From Eledone cirrhosa (taxonomy: Eukaryota), in NCBI GenBank assembly GCA_964016885.1, contig OZ024753.1, positions 40,176,001 through 40,240,000 on the forward strand: 64,000 bases of DNA, given 5' to 3'. Below, piece by piece: positions 26,166 through 43,088 of the stretch. The notes under the pieces were generated by a model. That model had not been told where the DNA came from. It saw only the letters and a list, made by a program, of their open reading frames with translations, and searched no databases. The translations under genes and the position numbers were made by a program. Position 1 is the stretch's first letter; the number at the start of each line of letters is the position of its first letter.

Positions 26166-26253
26166 TATCGTTTTTTTACTCCAATAATTTGTTGAGTGCT
26201 TTATATCAGTTATAATAATATTTGCTTGTTGTATCCCAACAATTTAATTAGAA

Positions 26254-26292
<39 letters not shown>

Positions 26293-26470
26293 TAAGAAAA
26301 ACGATAAAGTTTCGTTTATATGTATTTAGTTTTTTGTTGTGTATTGACCTGTACGAGCGTTTCGCAGAGGTTTGGCTCAGAGACAGTTTTAGAAGTTATT
26401 AACTAGATTCCGTTATTGATTTGCTCTTCTGATCAATACACAAACACATATATATATATATATATATATA

Positions 26471-26807
<337 letters not shown>

Positions 26808-26856
26808 AGAGAAGGATAGATAGATAGTTATATATACATAGAAAGAGAGATATAAA

Positions 26857-26903
<47 letters not shown>

Positions 26904-26932
26904 TCATATATGTATATATATATATATATGAA

Positions 26933-26973
<41 letters not shown>

Positions 26974-27149
26974 TGGTAAACATTGAAGACCGAATAAATT
27001 AACTGATATAATAGATACAGAAGCGAAAACCAACCAAACAGTGAGTGTGTTCTGTTATTATTTTTGGCAATATTATTACAACAATATGACCCTCCCCAAA
27101 TATAACAATATTTATTTCGACACACGATTTCATATCAAAAACCTTGCAA

Positions 27150-27221
<72 letters not shown>

Positions 27222-27665
27222 AATATATAACCACATATATTCACATATAGGTTACAGTTAACGACACACCTGTGTAAATTTCTTTCTATGTTTGTGTATG
27301 TGACGTTAATAAAAATTACCTTGACAAATCGTAAAGTAAAATCCGTACAAACACACAAACACACACAAACACACAAACACACATACACACACAATCACAT
27401 ATACACACAATGAGCCACGTAACGCACACATAGACACAAATAAACAACTGTAATAACAATAAATAAAACGAAATAAAAACAAGCTTATAAAAAAATTGAC
27501 ATGGTTTGGTAAATATTTAGGACATATTTATGAAATTAAATATATAAATCTGCGTGTACGTATGTGTATGTGTATGTATATATGTGTGTGTGTGTATGTA
27601 TGTGTACTTTATTTGTTTCTTGGCTTTATCTTGTATATGTATGCATGTAGGTTTGTATATATATT

Positions 27666-27790
<125 letters not shown>

Positions 27791-27811
27791 TATATATGTG
27801 TGTGTATATAT

Positions 27812-27949
<138 letters not shown>

Positions 27950-27956
27950 GTATATA

Positions 27957-28003
<47 letters not shown>

Positions 28004-28004
28004 G

Positions 28005-28055
<51 letters not shown>

Positions 28056-29203
28056 GTAGGTATGTATATGTATATTTATGTATACATTATGTGTGTGTTT
28101 ATATGTGTTTGTGTAGATATGTGTATGTGAGTCTTAATATGGCCTCTTGACATACAACTCAAAGACACGCATATAACAATATGTACGTAGACACAAACAA
28201 ATTTTGACACATGAAGGCACAGACAAACATATTCATCTCACTTAATATTCAACACATAAGAACCTGTGTGTCTATTTGTGTTGCTATCTATCTATCTTTG
28301 TCTATCCTACTTCCTTTCACTCTCTCTGCCTCCCCCCACCCCACCCTCTCTCTCTCTCTCTCATGTCTTTATTGTCAACATTTGCTTACAAGAAAATACT
28401 TTCTCCTTATGGAATTGTTCTTGTTCAGTTGATAATGGATCTACTGATACTGGAGATAAAGCCTTTTCTTCTTACTCTTAGTTTTGGAACATCACACAAA
28501 GTGGGTTCTGGTTTTCATACTGCAAACATAATGTCATGGGTTTTAAGATTTTCAGCTCACCGTCCTACTTATGTGATGATCTATTGTACCCACGCAAGCC
28601 CACACCACACTTTACCACACACACGTAAACACACCCACACCACCATAGCCATATCTGCACACATAAACAAATATATATATACGAGTGTTTGTTTGTGGTT
28701 CAGAATAATATGCGTAATGCTTCAATACAACTACTTTACACAAAGAACTCAATAGCTTTCAAGAAGAACAGTTTGTTTACACTATCTAAGATTGTATTGT
28801 GTGTTGTGTGTGGCATAGCTTGGTAAGTAAACGACTACTGATGATGAGTACAAACACTGAAGTACATCTATATAGTGCTATTACACCAATAACTGTGATA
28901 GGAGTACAGCTTATAATACCCACAGTAACATTTAATCTATGTTTAATACACAATGACATATTCCATATAGAACCATAAACTCCTTTATTCAGAATCACCC
29001 TGTGTTAGTGCTATTGATAATATATATTTATGTATATTAGCTGACAGCTTTTCAACGAGGAAGTCCTCATTAAAGAAGACCTGAAATAAAGTCATGTGAC
29101 GAAGAAGAGGAAATGGTGTTGTCCCAGAGAGATCTTGAATTGGTCGAATGAACTACATGAAATGTATATGCTCACACACACACACACGCGCACACACACA
29201 CAC

Positions 29204-29305
<102 letters not shown>

Positions 29306-29435
29306 ATGTAAAAGGTAAACAGAAATAACAACACAATCTGTACAGTATATGGAAGGGATATATTAGGTTAACGCTTGATATAACAGGAAGAGGGCCTTAA
29401 CGTTTCGGAGGCTAGTCCTTCATCAAAAGAAAGAA
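29306..29435 (-). mobile_element. PLE pseudo-LTR-like fragment with degenerate minimal hammerhead (about 29395-29430); terminal part repeated at about 51485-51545
   Basis: Minus strand: CUU-UUGAUGA-AGGA(CUAGCC)UCC-GAAAC-GUU-AAG. ATGTAAAAGGTAAACAGAAATAACAACACAATC occurs at both loci. Confidence 0.55.
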
Positions 29436-29629
29436 TGAGAAATAAGATAGATTGAGGGGACAGTCGAGTTGGAATTGGGAAAAATGTCTTTAGATAAAAA
29501 ATAACAGGTCATTCATGTTGACATCTCTTGGAAAACTGTTGGTGCTGGCGTTTTGTGTATGATTTATATTTTAGAAAAGTGGATGATGAAATGGAAAAAA
29601 AAAACGTTTTATAAAAAGATCTATACCTG

Positions 29630-31350
29630 TGCACTTATAGGTACATATACATACACATACACATACACATACATATATATATATACTTATAGGTACATAC
29701 ACATATACATACACATACACATACACATACACATATACTTATAGGTACATATACATATACATACAAATACATATACACTTACAGGTACATACACATACAC
29801 ATACATATATACACACAGATACATACACATATACATACAAATACATATACATATACACTTACAGATACATACACATATACATACATATACATATACATAT
29901 ACATATACACTTACAGGTACATACACATATACATACAAATACATATACAGGTACATACACATGTACATACACATACATATACATATACATATACATATAC
30001 ACTTACAGATACATACACATATACACTTACAGATACATACATATGTATATATACACTTACAGGTACATACACATACAAATACATATACATATACACTTAC
30101 AGGTACATACACATATACATACAAATACATATACAGGTACATACACATGTACATACACATACATATACATATACATATACACTTACAGATACATACACAT
30201 ATACACTTACAGATACATACATATGTATATATACACTTACAGGTACATACACATACAAATACATATACATATACACTTACAGGTACATACACATATACAT
30301 ACAAATACATATACAGGTACATACACATGTACATACACATACATATACATATACATATACATATACACTTACAGATACATACACATATACACTTACAGAT
30401 ACATACATACGTATATATACACTTACAGGTACATACACATACAAATACATATACATATACACTTACAGGTACATATACATACAAATACATATACATATAC
30501 ACTTACAGATACATACACATATACATACAAATACATATACATATACACTTAGAGGTACATACACATATACATACAAATACATATACATATACACTTACAG
30601 GTACATACACATATACATACAAATACATATACACTTACAGGTACATACATATACATATACATATACACTTACAGGTACATACACATGTACATACACATTC
30701 ATATACATATACATATTCACTTACAGATACATACACATATACATACACATACATATACATATACATATACATATGTACATACATACACATACACATATAC
30801 ATACACATACATATACATATACACTTACAGATACATACACATATACATACATATACATATACATATACATATATACTTACATACACATACACATATACAT
30901 ACACATACATATATATATACACTTACAGATACATACACATATACATACATATACATACATATACATATACATATACACTTACAGGTACATACACATACAT
31001 ACACATATACATACATATACACTTACAGATACATACACATATACATACATATACATACATATACATATATACTTACATACACATACACATATACATACAC
31101 ATACATATATATATACACTTACAGATACATACACATATACATACATATACATACATATACATATACATATACACTTACAGGTACATACACATACATACAC
31201 ATATACATACATATACACTTACAGATACATACACATATACATACATATACATACATATACATATATACTTACATACACATACACATATACATACACATAC
31301 ATATACATATACAGTTACAGATACATACACATATACATACACATACATAC

Positions 31351-31383
<33 letters not shown>

Positions 31384-31408
31384 CTTACAGATACATACAC
31401 ATACATAC

Positions 31409-31441
<33 letters not shown>

Positions 31442-31466
31442 CTTACAGGTACATACACATACATAC

Positions 31467-31499
<33 letters not shown>

Positions 31500-31524
31500 C
31501 TTACAGATACATACACATACATAC

Positions 31525-31557
<33 letters not shown>

Positions 31558-31582
31558 CTTACAGGTACATACACATACATAC

Positions 31583-31627
<45 letters not shown>

Positions 31628-31708
31628 CTTACAGGTACATACACATACATACACATATACATACATATACATATACATATACACTTACAGATACATACAC
31701 ATACATAC

Positions 31709-31741
<33 letters not shown>

Positions 31742-31766
31742 CTTACAGGTACATACACATACATAC

Positions 31767-31799
<33 letters not shown>

Positions 31800-31824
31800 C
31801 TTACAGGTACATACACATACATAC

Positions 31825-31863
<39 letters not shown>

Positions 31864-31952
31864 CTTACATATACATACATATACATATACATATACATAT
31901 ACACTTACAGGTACATACACATACATACACATATACATACATATACATATAC
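29630..31952. repeat. (TACATA)/(CA)-derived satellite punctuated by ACTTACAGRTAC
   Basis: Dozens of ACTTACAGG/ATAC landmarks; 180-bp higher-order repeat at about 29900-30440. Confidence 0.95.
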
Positions 31953-32244
31953 AAAACACACAAAATCACATGGTTTTGAATTAGCACCCACCCCTGCTTT
32001 CATCATCATCATCATCATCATCTCTGTCACACCGCCAACATCACTACCCCTGTTATACCCTCCAACACTACCACTACTATTTACAAAAAAACCACGGCCC
32101 CCCCTTTCATAGCAATGTCACCCCGTTGCCACCCGTATCTTTCGCTAGACGGTCACCACAGTATGTTTGGCCTACCTGAGTAATGCTACCAGACAGACTG
32201 TCGCCGGATTTTCATACAACCCAGTGCATGACTTAGAAATGTCT

Positions 32245-33995
32245 CACATACATACACATATACACCTGCATATATTCCTACATACGCAAATACACACACA
32301 TACATACATACCCATGCATATATTTATTCATACGCAAATACACAATCATACATACACCAGCATATATTTATTCATACGCAAATACACTCACAAACATACA
32401 TACACCAGCATATATTTATTCATACGCAAATACACAATCATACATACATCAGCATATATTCCTACATACGCAAATACACTCACATACATACATACACCAG
32501 TATATATTCCTACATACGCAAATACACAAGCATATATTCCTACATACACATATACACCTGCATATATTCCTACATACGCAAATACACACACATACATACA
32601 TACCCATGCATATATTTATTCATACGCAAATACACAATCATACATACATCAGTATATATTTATTCATACGCAAATACACTCACAAACATACATACACCAG
32701 CATATATTTATTCATACGCAAATACACTCACATACATACATACACCTGCATATATTCCTACATACGCACATACACAAGCATATATTCCTACATACACATA
32801 TACACCAGCATATATTCCTACATACGCAAATACACTCACATACATACATACACCAGCATATATTCCTACATACGCAAATACACTCACATACATACATACA
32901 CCAGTATATATTCCTACATACGCAAATACACAAGCATATATTCCTACATACGCAAATACACACACACATACATACACCAGCATATATTCCTACATACGCA
33001 AATACACTCACATACATACATACACCAACATATATTCCTTCATACGCAAATACACTCACATACATACATACACCAGCATATATTCCTACATACGCAAATA
33101 CACTCACATACATACATACACCAGCATATATTCCTACATACGCAAATACACACACATACATACATACACCAGCATATATTCATTCCTAGATACGCAAATA
33201 CACTCACATACATACATACACCAGCATATATTTATTCATACGCAAATACACAATCATACATACATCAGCATATATTCCTACATACGCAAATACACTCACT
33301 TACATACATACACCAGCATATATTTATTCATACGCAAATACACTCACATACATACATACACCAGCATATATTCCTACATACGCAAATACACACACATACA
33401 TACATACACCAGCATATATTCATTCATACGCAAATACACAATCATACATACATACACCAGCATATATTCCTACATACGCAAATACACTCACATACATACA
33501 GCAGCATATATTCCTACATACGCAAATACACTCACATACATACACCAGCATATATTCCTACATACGCAAATACACTCACATACATACACCAGCATATATT
33601 CCTACATACGCAAATACACAAGCATATATTCCTCCATACGCAAATACACTCACATACATACATACACCGGCATATATTCCTACATACGCAATTACACAAG
33701 CATATATTCTCCATACGCAAATACACTCACATACATACATAACACCAGCATATATTCCTACATACGCAAATACACTCACATACACATATACACCAGCATA
33801 TATTCATTCATACGCAAATACACTCACATACATACACCAGCATATATTTCTACATACGCAAATACACTCACATACATACATACACCAGCATATATTCCTA
33901 CATACGCAAATACACTCACATACATACATACACCAGCATATATTCATTCATACGCAAACGCACACGTACATATATCTGCATATATTCCTACATAC
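32245..33995. repeat. ~48-bp minisatellite
   Basis: Unit CATATATTCCTACATACGCAAATACACTCACATACATACATACACCAG, with 30-44-bp variants. Confidence 0.95.
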
Positions 33996-34099
33996 CCAAA
34001 CACACACATACATACACACAATCAGAATAGCACACATATTCATTGACATTCGCGTACATATAGAGACGTTTGAATACATAGTCATACAGAAGCATATAT

Positions 34100-34145
<46 letters not shown>

Positions 34146-34259
34146 CTGTATAGATAAATATATACAAATATACACCTGTATAGATAAATATATACACAGG
34201 CACACATTTGTCCACATATACGATCTCATAAACTCACACAGATGCACATTTTCATTGTA

Positions 34260-35285
<1,026 letters not shown>

Positions 35286-35534
35286 TACACAAAACATATG
35301 TTCATTCATACCATCACACAACCACACACAATCAGGTACACAAACCCACAAATCTATCCCACGCCCACCTACTAATTCACTTGTGTTGTCAGCGACACCA
35401 CCCCCCATCCTTGTAACCACAGCAACACCCCCGCCGCCAACAATCTTAAGTACCTTAAAGAAAATCAACAATAATATAACTACAGACACTATCAAAACTG
35501 TGCCCCGTCACCGCCATCATAAACTCAATTACCT

Positions 35535-36666
35535 ACCGTCATCACAACCAACAACAACAACAACAACAAGAGTAATATCATTGTCCCCCACCACCATCAT
35601 CACAATCAACAACAACAAGAGTAATATCATTGTCCCCCAGCACCGTCATCACAACCAACAACATCACAACCAACAACATCACCATCATCATCATCACAAC
35701 CAACAACAACAACTGTAACATCCTTGTCATCACCATCATCATCACAACCAACAACATCGCCATCACCATCATCACAACCAACAACAACAACAACAGTAAC
35801 ATCATTGTCCCCCACCACCATCATCACAACCAACAACAACACCATCAACATCACAACCAACAACATCACCATCATCACCATCACAACCAACAACAACAAC
35901 TGTAACATCCTTGTCATCACCATCATCATCACAACCAACAACAACAAGAGTAATATCATTGTCCCCCACCGCCATCATCACAACCAACAACATCACCATC
36001 ATCATCATCATCACAACCAACAACAACAACAACAACAGTAACATCATTGTCATCGCCATCATCATCACAACCAACATCATCACCATCATCACAACAACCA
36101 ATAACAACAACAAGAGTAATATCATTGTCCCCCACCGCCATCATCACAACCAACAACATCACCGCCATCATCACAACCAACAACAACACCATCATCATCA
36201 CAACCAATAACAACAACAACAGTAACATCATTGTCATCACCATCATCATCACAACCAAACAACAACAGCCACATCATCACCGTCACCACCATCATCACAA
36301 CCAACAACAACTGCAACAACATCGCCATCACCACCACCATCATCACAACACCACCATCATCACAACACCACCACAATCATATAGCGTCCATCACACCATT
36401 ATTATAGCCATCACTACCATCACAAGCTTCAACAACACACCACTACCACCGCCACCACCACCACAACCATCACCATCACCATCATCACCCACACCACCAC
36501 CACCACCACCTTCACCACCTTCACCACCACCATCACAAACACTACCACAACCATCACCGCGACGACCACCACCACCAACCACCTCCTTCAACAACACCCC
36601 ACCACCTTCACCACCTTCACCACCTTCACCACCACCATCACCAACACTACCACAACCACCACCACC

Positions 36667-36733
<67 letters not shown>

Positions 36734-37282
36734 CTACCACAACCACCACCAGCACCAGCACCACCACCACCATCACCAACACTACCACAACCACCACCAC
36801 CACCACCACCACCACCTTCAACAACATACCACCACTTTCACCACCACCTTCACCACCACCACCACCACCACCACCACCTTCAACAACACACAATCACCAC
36901 AACCACCACCACCTTCACCACCTTCAGTACCACCACCACCACCACCACCAGCACAACCACCAACACTACCACCACCACCACCACCATCACCACCACCACT
37001 ACCACCACCACCAAAACCACCAGCACAACCACCAACACTACCACAACCACAACCACCACCACCACCACCAGCACAACCACCACCACCATATATATATTGC
37101 ACTATATGGTGGTTGTGATGATGTTGAATGTTGTGATGGTAGTGATGACGATAATAAAGTTGTGATGCTGGTGGTGGTGGTGGTGGTTGTTGTGGTGGTG
37201 GTGGTGGTGCTTGCGGTGGTGGTGTGTTGTTGAAGGTGGTGGTGGTGGTGGTGGTGAAGGTGGTGGTGGTTGTGCTGGTGGT
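35535..37282. repeat. CAT/CAA/CAC trinucleotide-based compound minisatellite, last ~180 bp inverted
   Basis: Recurring GTAAYATCATTGTC and CATCACAACCAACAAC; strand polarity flips at about 37095. Confidence 0.92.
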
Positions 37283-37313
37283 TTATATATATATATATAC
37301 ACATATATATGTG

Positions 37314-37391
<78 letters not shown>

Positions 37392-37487
37392 CATGTATAT
37401 ATATGTTTATATGTATATACATATATATGTGTGTGTATATATATATATATATATATACAGACATATATATATACACACACGCACACG

Positions 37488-37519
<32 letters not shown>

Positions 37520-38477
37520 CATATATACATTTAAAAAGAGAGATGGAGTGATATGAATAGATTGGTAGATAGACAGATAGATATACTGATATTCATATAT
37601 ATGTATGTATATATAACAAACATACATACACACCTAACTATCCCTCTTCTCCCCCCCCCCCTCTTTCTTACTCTTCACCTCTTCCCCCCCCCCCTACCGT
37701 ACATAAGCAGGTGTAAATAATTATAGTGGATTTGACAAGCAAGTCGAGAGAGGAGTCCCATCATAACAGAAAATAGGAGAAGAAAAGTATATAAAAAGGA
37801 TGGGGGGCATTTTTGTTGTTGTTGTGGTGTTTAGCCCAAGGTCAGTCCTGATCGAGTATACCATGAGCAAGGATGTTTCAATCATGATCAGACCGTCTAT
37901 TGAAAAGCGGAGCAACTCTGGGTGCCTTAACAATACGAAGGCCAAACTGCAGCTGTCGTCCTATTATTCTTGAGGTCAACAGGAAGACATTGTCATAGAT
38001 TTGCTCATTGACTATATTCTGTATCCAGCTGACTTCCGCTGGGAAATCCGAGTTTAGAAGACAACGAGGGGTTTACCTGTGTCTAGTGTAGGTTCATAAT
38101 TCATAGTTTTAAAGGTGTATTGTATCCGTTGCTTCAATGAAGAGTATTTTCTTTAGTTGCTAAGAAAATACCATAAAACGTCACAATTCCTTGCAATAGA
38201 ACTTACAAATGGTCGATTTCTGGAAACGGGTAAATTCAATAGTGTTCCTCGTGAATATGAGATGAAAGCCAACGAAGGACATTTATGTGGTCACATGATT
38301 TACTAGAAATATCAGCAGGCTTCTCTAAAATATACCGTTTAGTCTTAAACAATTGAAGGACAGCTTAGATCATTTAGTTTTAGATAGATTTTGAAACAAG
38401 ATGGTGTGGCGTGTCTGCTGGATCAGAGGTTGTCAAGGATTAATATATATATATATATATAGATAGATAGATAGATA

Positions 38478-38553
38478 TGTTTCTTTATTAGCCACAGGAG
38501 CACAAAAGAAGGGGACAAATACAAAGGGGGAAGTTTACATACAATAAAAACGT
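38478..38553 (-). mobile_element. Extreme 3' end of a related Tx1-like family
   Basis: Minus strand TGTAAACTTCCCCCTTTGTATTTGTCCC...TGTGGCTAATAAAGAAACA-TATCTATC aligns with 4492-4560. Confidence 0.7.
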
Positions 38554-38622
38554 GTATATATATATAGAGATAGATAGATAGATAGATAGATAGGTAGGTA
38601 GGTAGGTAGGTAGGTAGGTAGG

Positions 38623-38670
<48 letters not shown>

Positions 38671-39286
38671 GAGAGAGAGCGAGAGAGCGAGAGAGAAATA
38701 TAAAGTACGACAGCTAGATATATAGGTAGAGATAGGGAGTTAGAAAGATCGATAGAAAGAGAGTGTAAAAAGTATAAGTCTCCATATTGACTGTGACATT
38801 TGTTGCCTAGAGAAACAATAACACGTGTATGTCGTTTCTCATCATAGAACAACATAAACACCAAAACATTTCTGATAACAAAGGTAAAGATTAAAGATGA
38901 ATTGATGTACAACTCGATATGTTTCTATATCGAGTTGATTAAGATTTTGTACTATATGATTAAGAATTTTTACTTCGTTTGTTCAATAAAGCCACAATCT
39001 CAACATATGAAATGATCCCAGGAGTAATATTATCTGTTTTATTAATTTACAAGTTAAGCGAGGCAGGTCAAATAACGAAAGTATTGAAATAGCATTTGAG
39101 CTGATAAGTTGTACATAGATTCCTCAGATACCTTTAATAAATATATATTTAGCTGAGGCGTAGATCTAGATTCCCTTGTTAAACCACATGCCTGTCTTGT
39201 AGAACGCAATCAAGTACAATTTGATTAGGCGTCATCGTCTTATCGGGAGTATATATATTCTCCCGATATATATATATATATATATA

Positions 39287-39494
39287 TAGGAAAAAGTATG
39301 ACCCCGACGGCAGAGCTCAAGCCGTTTCGACGGCTATTTCTGGACGGCTATTTCTGGACTGAAATAGCCGTCGAAACGGCTTGAGCACTGTCGTCGGGGT
39401 CATATTTTTTTCCTATTTCCCACTCTACTGCCCTAAGTATTGAGTACTCTGGTGCGTTATGGTCCATTTGGTTCCTTACCACAATTCCTTTGTT
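39287..39494. mobile_element. Family A fold-back mini-element
   Basis: Palindrome with duplicated centre (GACGGCTATTTCTG x2) plus the standard tail. Confidence 0.9.
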
Positions 39495-39635
39495 ATATAT
39501 ATATATTTTTTTTCTAAAGCGCTCATATATTCACCTAGCTTATGTTAAACAGAATAATTCTGAAGCTTGTTTCTTTCCCCTACGGTTAGCTATACTCTTT
39601 GTTGTTCTCCTGTCTCACTCGCTTTACGCGTTTCA

Positions 39636-39785
39636 ATTGTCCTAATAACTTATTTTGGTTATTATTGCACCGACGTGAGGTATATGATTTTTAATGCAAT
39701 GAAATATCTATGATCGTCGGCAAATCACTGATGAGGGACTCATTTTATTACATGTTATCCATGTGCTACCTCCAGTATTTTTCTC
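39636..39785. repeat. Dispersed TA-associated repeat (second copy about 18869-19015)
   Basis: AATTGTCCTAATAA...GTGAGGTATATGATTTTTAATGCAATGAAATATCTATGATCG...ACTGATGAGGGACTCATTTT occurs twice. Confidence 0.75.
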
Positions 39786-40036
39786 TATATTTTATTATAT
39801 ATATATATATATATGGAGAATAAGATGGGTGTGTAGATGCTAGTAAAGTTAAGCTTAAACATGGAATGAGAATAAGAAGAAAGCAAGAAGGTGGCGGGGG
39901 GTCCTCATCAGTTGTCTACTGGGTGTCTCGGATTTTGCAACGCTTTAAATACAATATATCTACCCCCAGAGCGTTCAATAACCGGGTAAGTTATTGGGAA
40001 AACGGAGGAGGGAGAGAAGAAGGAAAATAGAAGGGA

Positions 40037-40072
<36 letters not shown>

Positions 40073-40078
40073 TAATAT

Positions 40079-40109
<31 letters not shown>

Positions 40110-40122
40110 GGTATATATATAT

Positions 40123-40201
<79 letters not shown>

Positions 40202-40207
<6 letters not shown>

Positions 40208-40676
40208 TATTAATTCAAAATATTAACAAAATAGATATTCTTGTGATCAAGTATATTTTATTATACATATTTCAGAGGTACTGAGTTAATTTCAACAGTA
40301 CGTCCTCATCAGATAAAATAAGATGATGCATGACATACCCTGACATAGTAGATGGTTAAGATTCAGTCATGACTGTATTACCAAGATACCTGATTCAACT
40401 ACCATGACTAAAAGATTAACCATCTACTATGTCAGGGTATGTCATGCATCATCTTATTTTATCTGATGAGGACGTACTGTTGAAGTTAACTCAGCACCTC
40501 TGAAATATGTATAATAAAATATACTTGATCACAAGAATATTTATTTAGTTAATATTTTGAATTAATATTAATAACTCTGGAAAAGCATTTTTGTTGAGTG
40601 CTTCCAATCTATTGTAAAACTCATTCGATTTATTGTAAAACTCATTTGATTTATTCATTGAACTTTGTTTAACTTT

Positions 40677-40678
<2 letters not shown>
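40202..40678. mobile_element. Fold-back PLE-derived mini-element with two hammerheads (40254-40320 on -, 40455-40521 on +)
   Basis: Arms 40202-40359 and 40416-40573, then a ~105-bp unpaired tail; (TA)n on both sides. CUGAUGA...GAAAUAUGUAUA in both arms. Confidence 0.85.
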
Positions 40679-40746
<68 letters not shown>

Positions 40747-40749
<3 letters not shown>

Positions 40750-40990
40750 TATAAAGTACGTCCATAGAATCATTTGATCATATATATACTATTTCTTCAT
40801 AGGTGCCTTTTAATCTTATAGCCTGGTCTAATTGATTTTTTGTGTGGTTAATTATGCTAATTGGGAGAGGAAATGGTGTATATATATTATCAAATGATTC
40901 TATGGACATACTTTATAGTATATTACTCTGATTATTTAATTTATTAATTCATCATTGAGCCACATCGTGAATGGTTGCCAAAACACATAT
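40747..40990. mobile_element. Fold-back mini-element (~50-bp arms plus tail) after (TA)n
   Basis: TACTATAAAGTACGTCCATAGAATCATTTGAT... / ...ATCAAATGATTCTATGGACATACTTTATAGTA. Confidence 0.65.
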
Positions 40991-41819
40991 ATATCTGTGA
41001 CTTTGTCTAGTTTGTGTATATGTAAATCTTTATATATATATATAGTTTAAGAGAAAAGAAATCCGATATCAAGATATATATATAATATATATATATATAA
41101 TTCAAAGGGACGACTGTGTCACACAGTGTATTTAGCTGAATCTCCCTGATAACTATATTGAAGATACACTGTAGGTTAATTTTGTAGCAGTTGTTGGAAC
41201 ACCAGGAACATCCATCGTTGGGACAGACTGAGATCCAACTCATAAATAAACGGAGACATTGAATGTTTGGCTTAGACTGGCATATAGAGAGGGGTATGGA
41301 GAGAGAGGGGGGGTGAGAGAAAGGGGATGCAGACAGAGAGAGAGAAAGAGAGAGATAGAGATAGAGAGAGAGAAAGAGAGATACAGAGAAGCGAGAAAGA
41401 TAGAGATAGAGAGAAAGAGATATAGAGAAAGAGATATAGAGAAAGAGAGAGATAGAGATAGAGAGAAGCGAGAAAGATAGAGATAAAGAGAAAGGTAGAG
41501 TGAGACAGACAGAGAGAGATAGAAAGATAGAGAGATAGAGAGATAGAGATAGAGATAGCGAGAAAGACAGACAGAGACAGAAAGAGAAAGAGAGAGAGGG
41601 GGGGGGGGCAGGGAAAGAGAGAAAGAGATTGGAACAGGAGAAGGATGAGTGTTTGAAGAGTGGGAAGAATGTTTGAGGGGCAGGGGTTGTTCCGGTCAAA
41701 TGAGAAGTATGAGAGACAAGAGATGGAGAGCTCAGACTGACTGGCGCCAGTAACTGTTACGGATCGTCGGTTGTCAATAGGTTTCACAAACTACGAGAAT
41801 CCGGCCAGGTGTAAGCTGC

Positions 41820-42975
41820 TATGTCGCTCTATACTACTGCTGTTCAACTGTCTTTCTACTGCTGCTGTGTTGTCGTTCTATACTGCTGCTGTTCAACTGT
41901 CTTTCTACTGCTGCTGTGTTGTCGTTCTATACTACTGCTGTTCAACTGTCTTTCTACTGCTGTTCTACTGCTGCTGTGTTGTCGTTCTATACTGCTGCTG
42001 CTGATCAACTGTCTTTCTACTGCTGTTCTACTGCTGCTGTGTTGTCGTTCTATACTACTGCTGATCAACTGTCTTTCTACTGCTGTTCTACTGCTGCTGT
42101 GTTGTCGTTCTATACTGCTGCTGTTCAACTGTCTTTCTACTGCTGCTGTGTTGTCGTTCTACTGCTGCTGTGTTGTCGTTCTATACTGCTGCTGATCAAC
42201 TGTCTTTCTACTGCTGCTGTGTTGTCGTTCTACTGCTGCTGTGTTGTCGTTCTATACTGCTGCTGTTCAACTGTCTTTCTACTGCTGCTGTGTTGTCGTT
42301 CTACTGCTGCTGTGTTGTCGTTCTATACTGCTGCTGATCAACTGTGTTTCTACTGCTGCTGTGTTGTCGTTCTATACTACTGCTGATCAACTGTCTTTCT
42401 ACTGCTGTTCTACTGCTGCTGTGTTGTCGTTCTACTGCTGCTGCTGTGTTGTCGTTCTATACTACTGCTGTTCAACTGTCTTTCTACTGCTGTTCTACTG
42501 CTGCTGTGTTGTCGTTCTATACTGCTGCTGCTGATGATCAACTGTCTTTCTACTGCTGTTCTACTGCTGCTGTGTTGTCGTTCTACTGCTGCTGTGTTGT
42601 CGTTCTATACTGCTGCTGTTCAACTGTCTTTCTACTGCTGCTGTGTTGTCGTTCTATACTGCTGCTGATCAACTGTCTTTCTACTGCTGCTGTGTTGTCG
42701 TTCTATACTACTGCTGATCAACTGCCTTTCTACTGCTGTTCTACTGCTGCTGTGTTGTCGTTCTACTGCTGCTGTGTTGTCGTTCTATACTACTGCTGCT
42801 GCTGATCAACAGTCTTTCTACTGCTGTTCTACTGCTGCTGTGTTGTCGTTCTACTGCTGCTGTGTTGTTCTATACTGCTGCTGATCAACTGTCTTTCTAC
42901 TGCTGCTGTGTTGTCGTTCTATACTGCTGCTGTTCAACTGCAGTTCTACTGCTGTTCTTCAACTGCTGTTCAACT
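41820..42975. repeat. CTG-rich minisatellite, ~45-60-bp modular unit
   Basis: Modules TTCTATACTGCTGCTG, WTCAACTGTCT and TTCTACTGCTGCTGTGTTGTCG repeated about 20 times. Confidence 0.95.
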
Positions 42976-43056
42976 GATCGACAACTGCTCTGTGTATATA
43001 GTAACTCAGACAGGCAATATGAAGAGGGGGTGTTTGAAGACAAGAACTGGTGCATG

Positions 43057-43088
<32 letters not shown>

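Noticed and set aside
29961-32112. Long ORFs of 400-670 aa (His/Ile/Tyr/Thr-rich)
   Set aside because: Translations of a TACA-based satellite that happens to lack stop codons; several frames are open at once.
39620-39745. CTGATGA on + and GAAACGCGTA on - in the 18869/39636 repeat as a hammerhead
   Set aside because: The two half-cores are on opposite strands, and I could not build stems I and II on either strand.
41820-42975. CRISPR-like or Cys-rich protein appearance
   Set aside because: Modules repeat with no unique spacers, there are no cas genes and the context is eukaryotic; it is a minisatellite.
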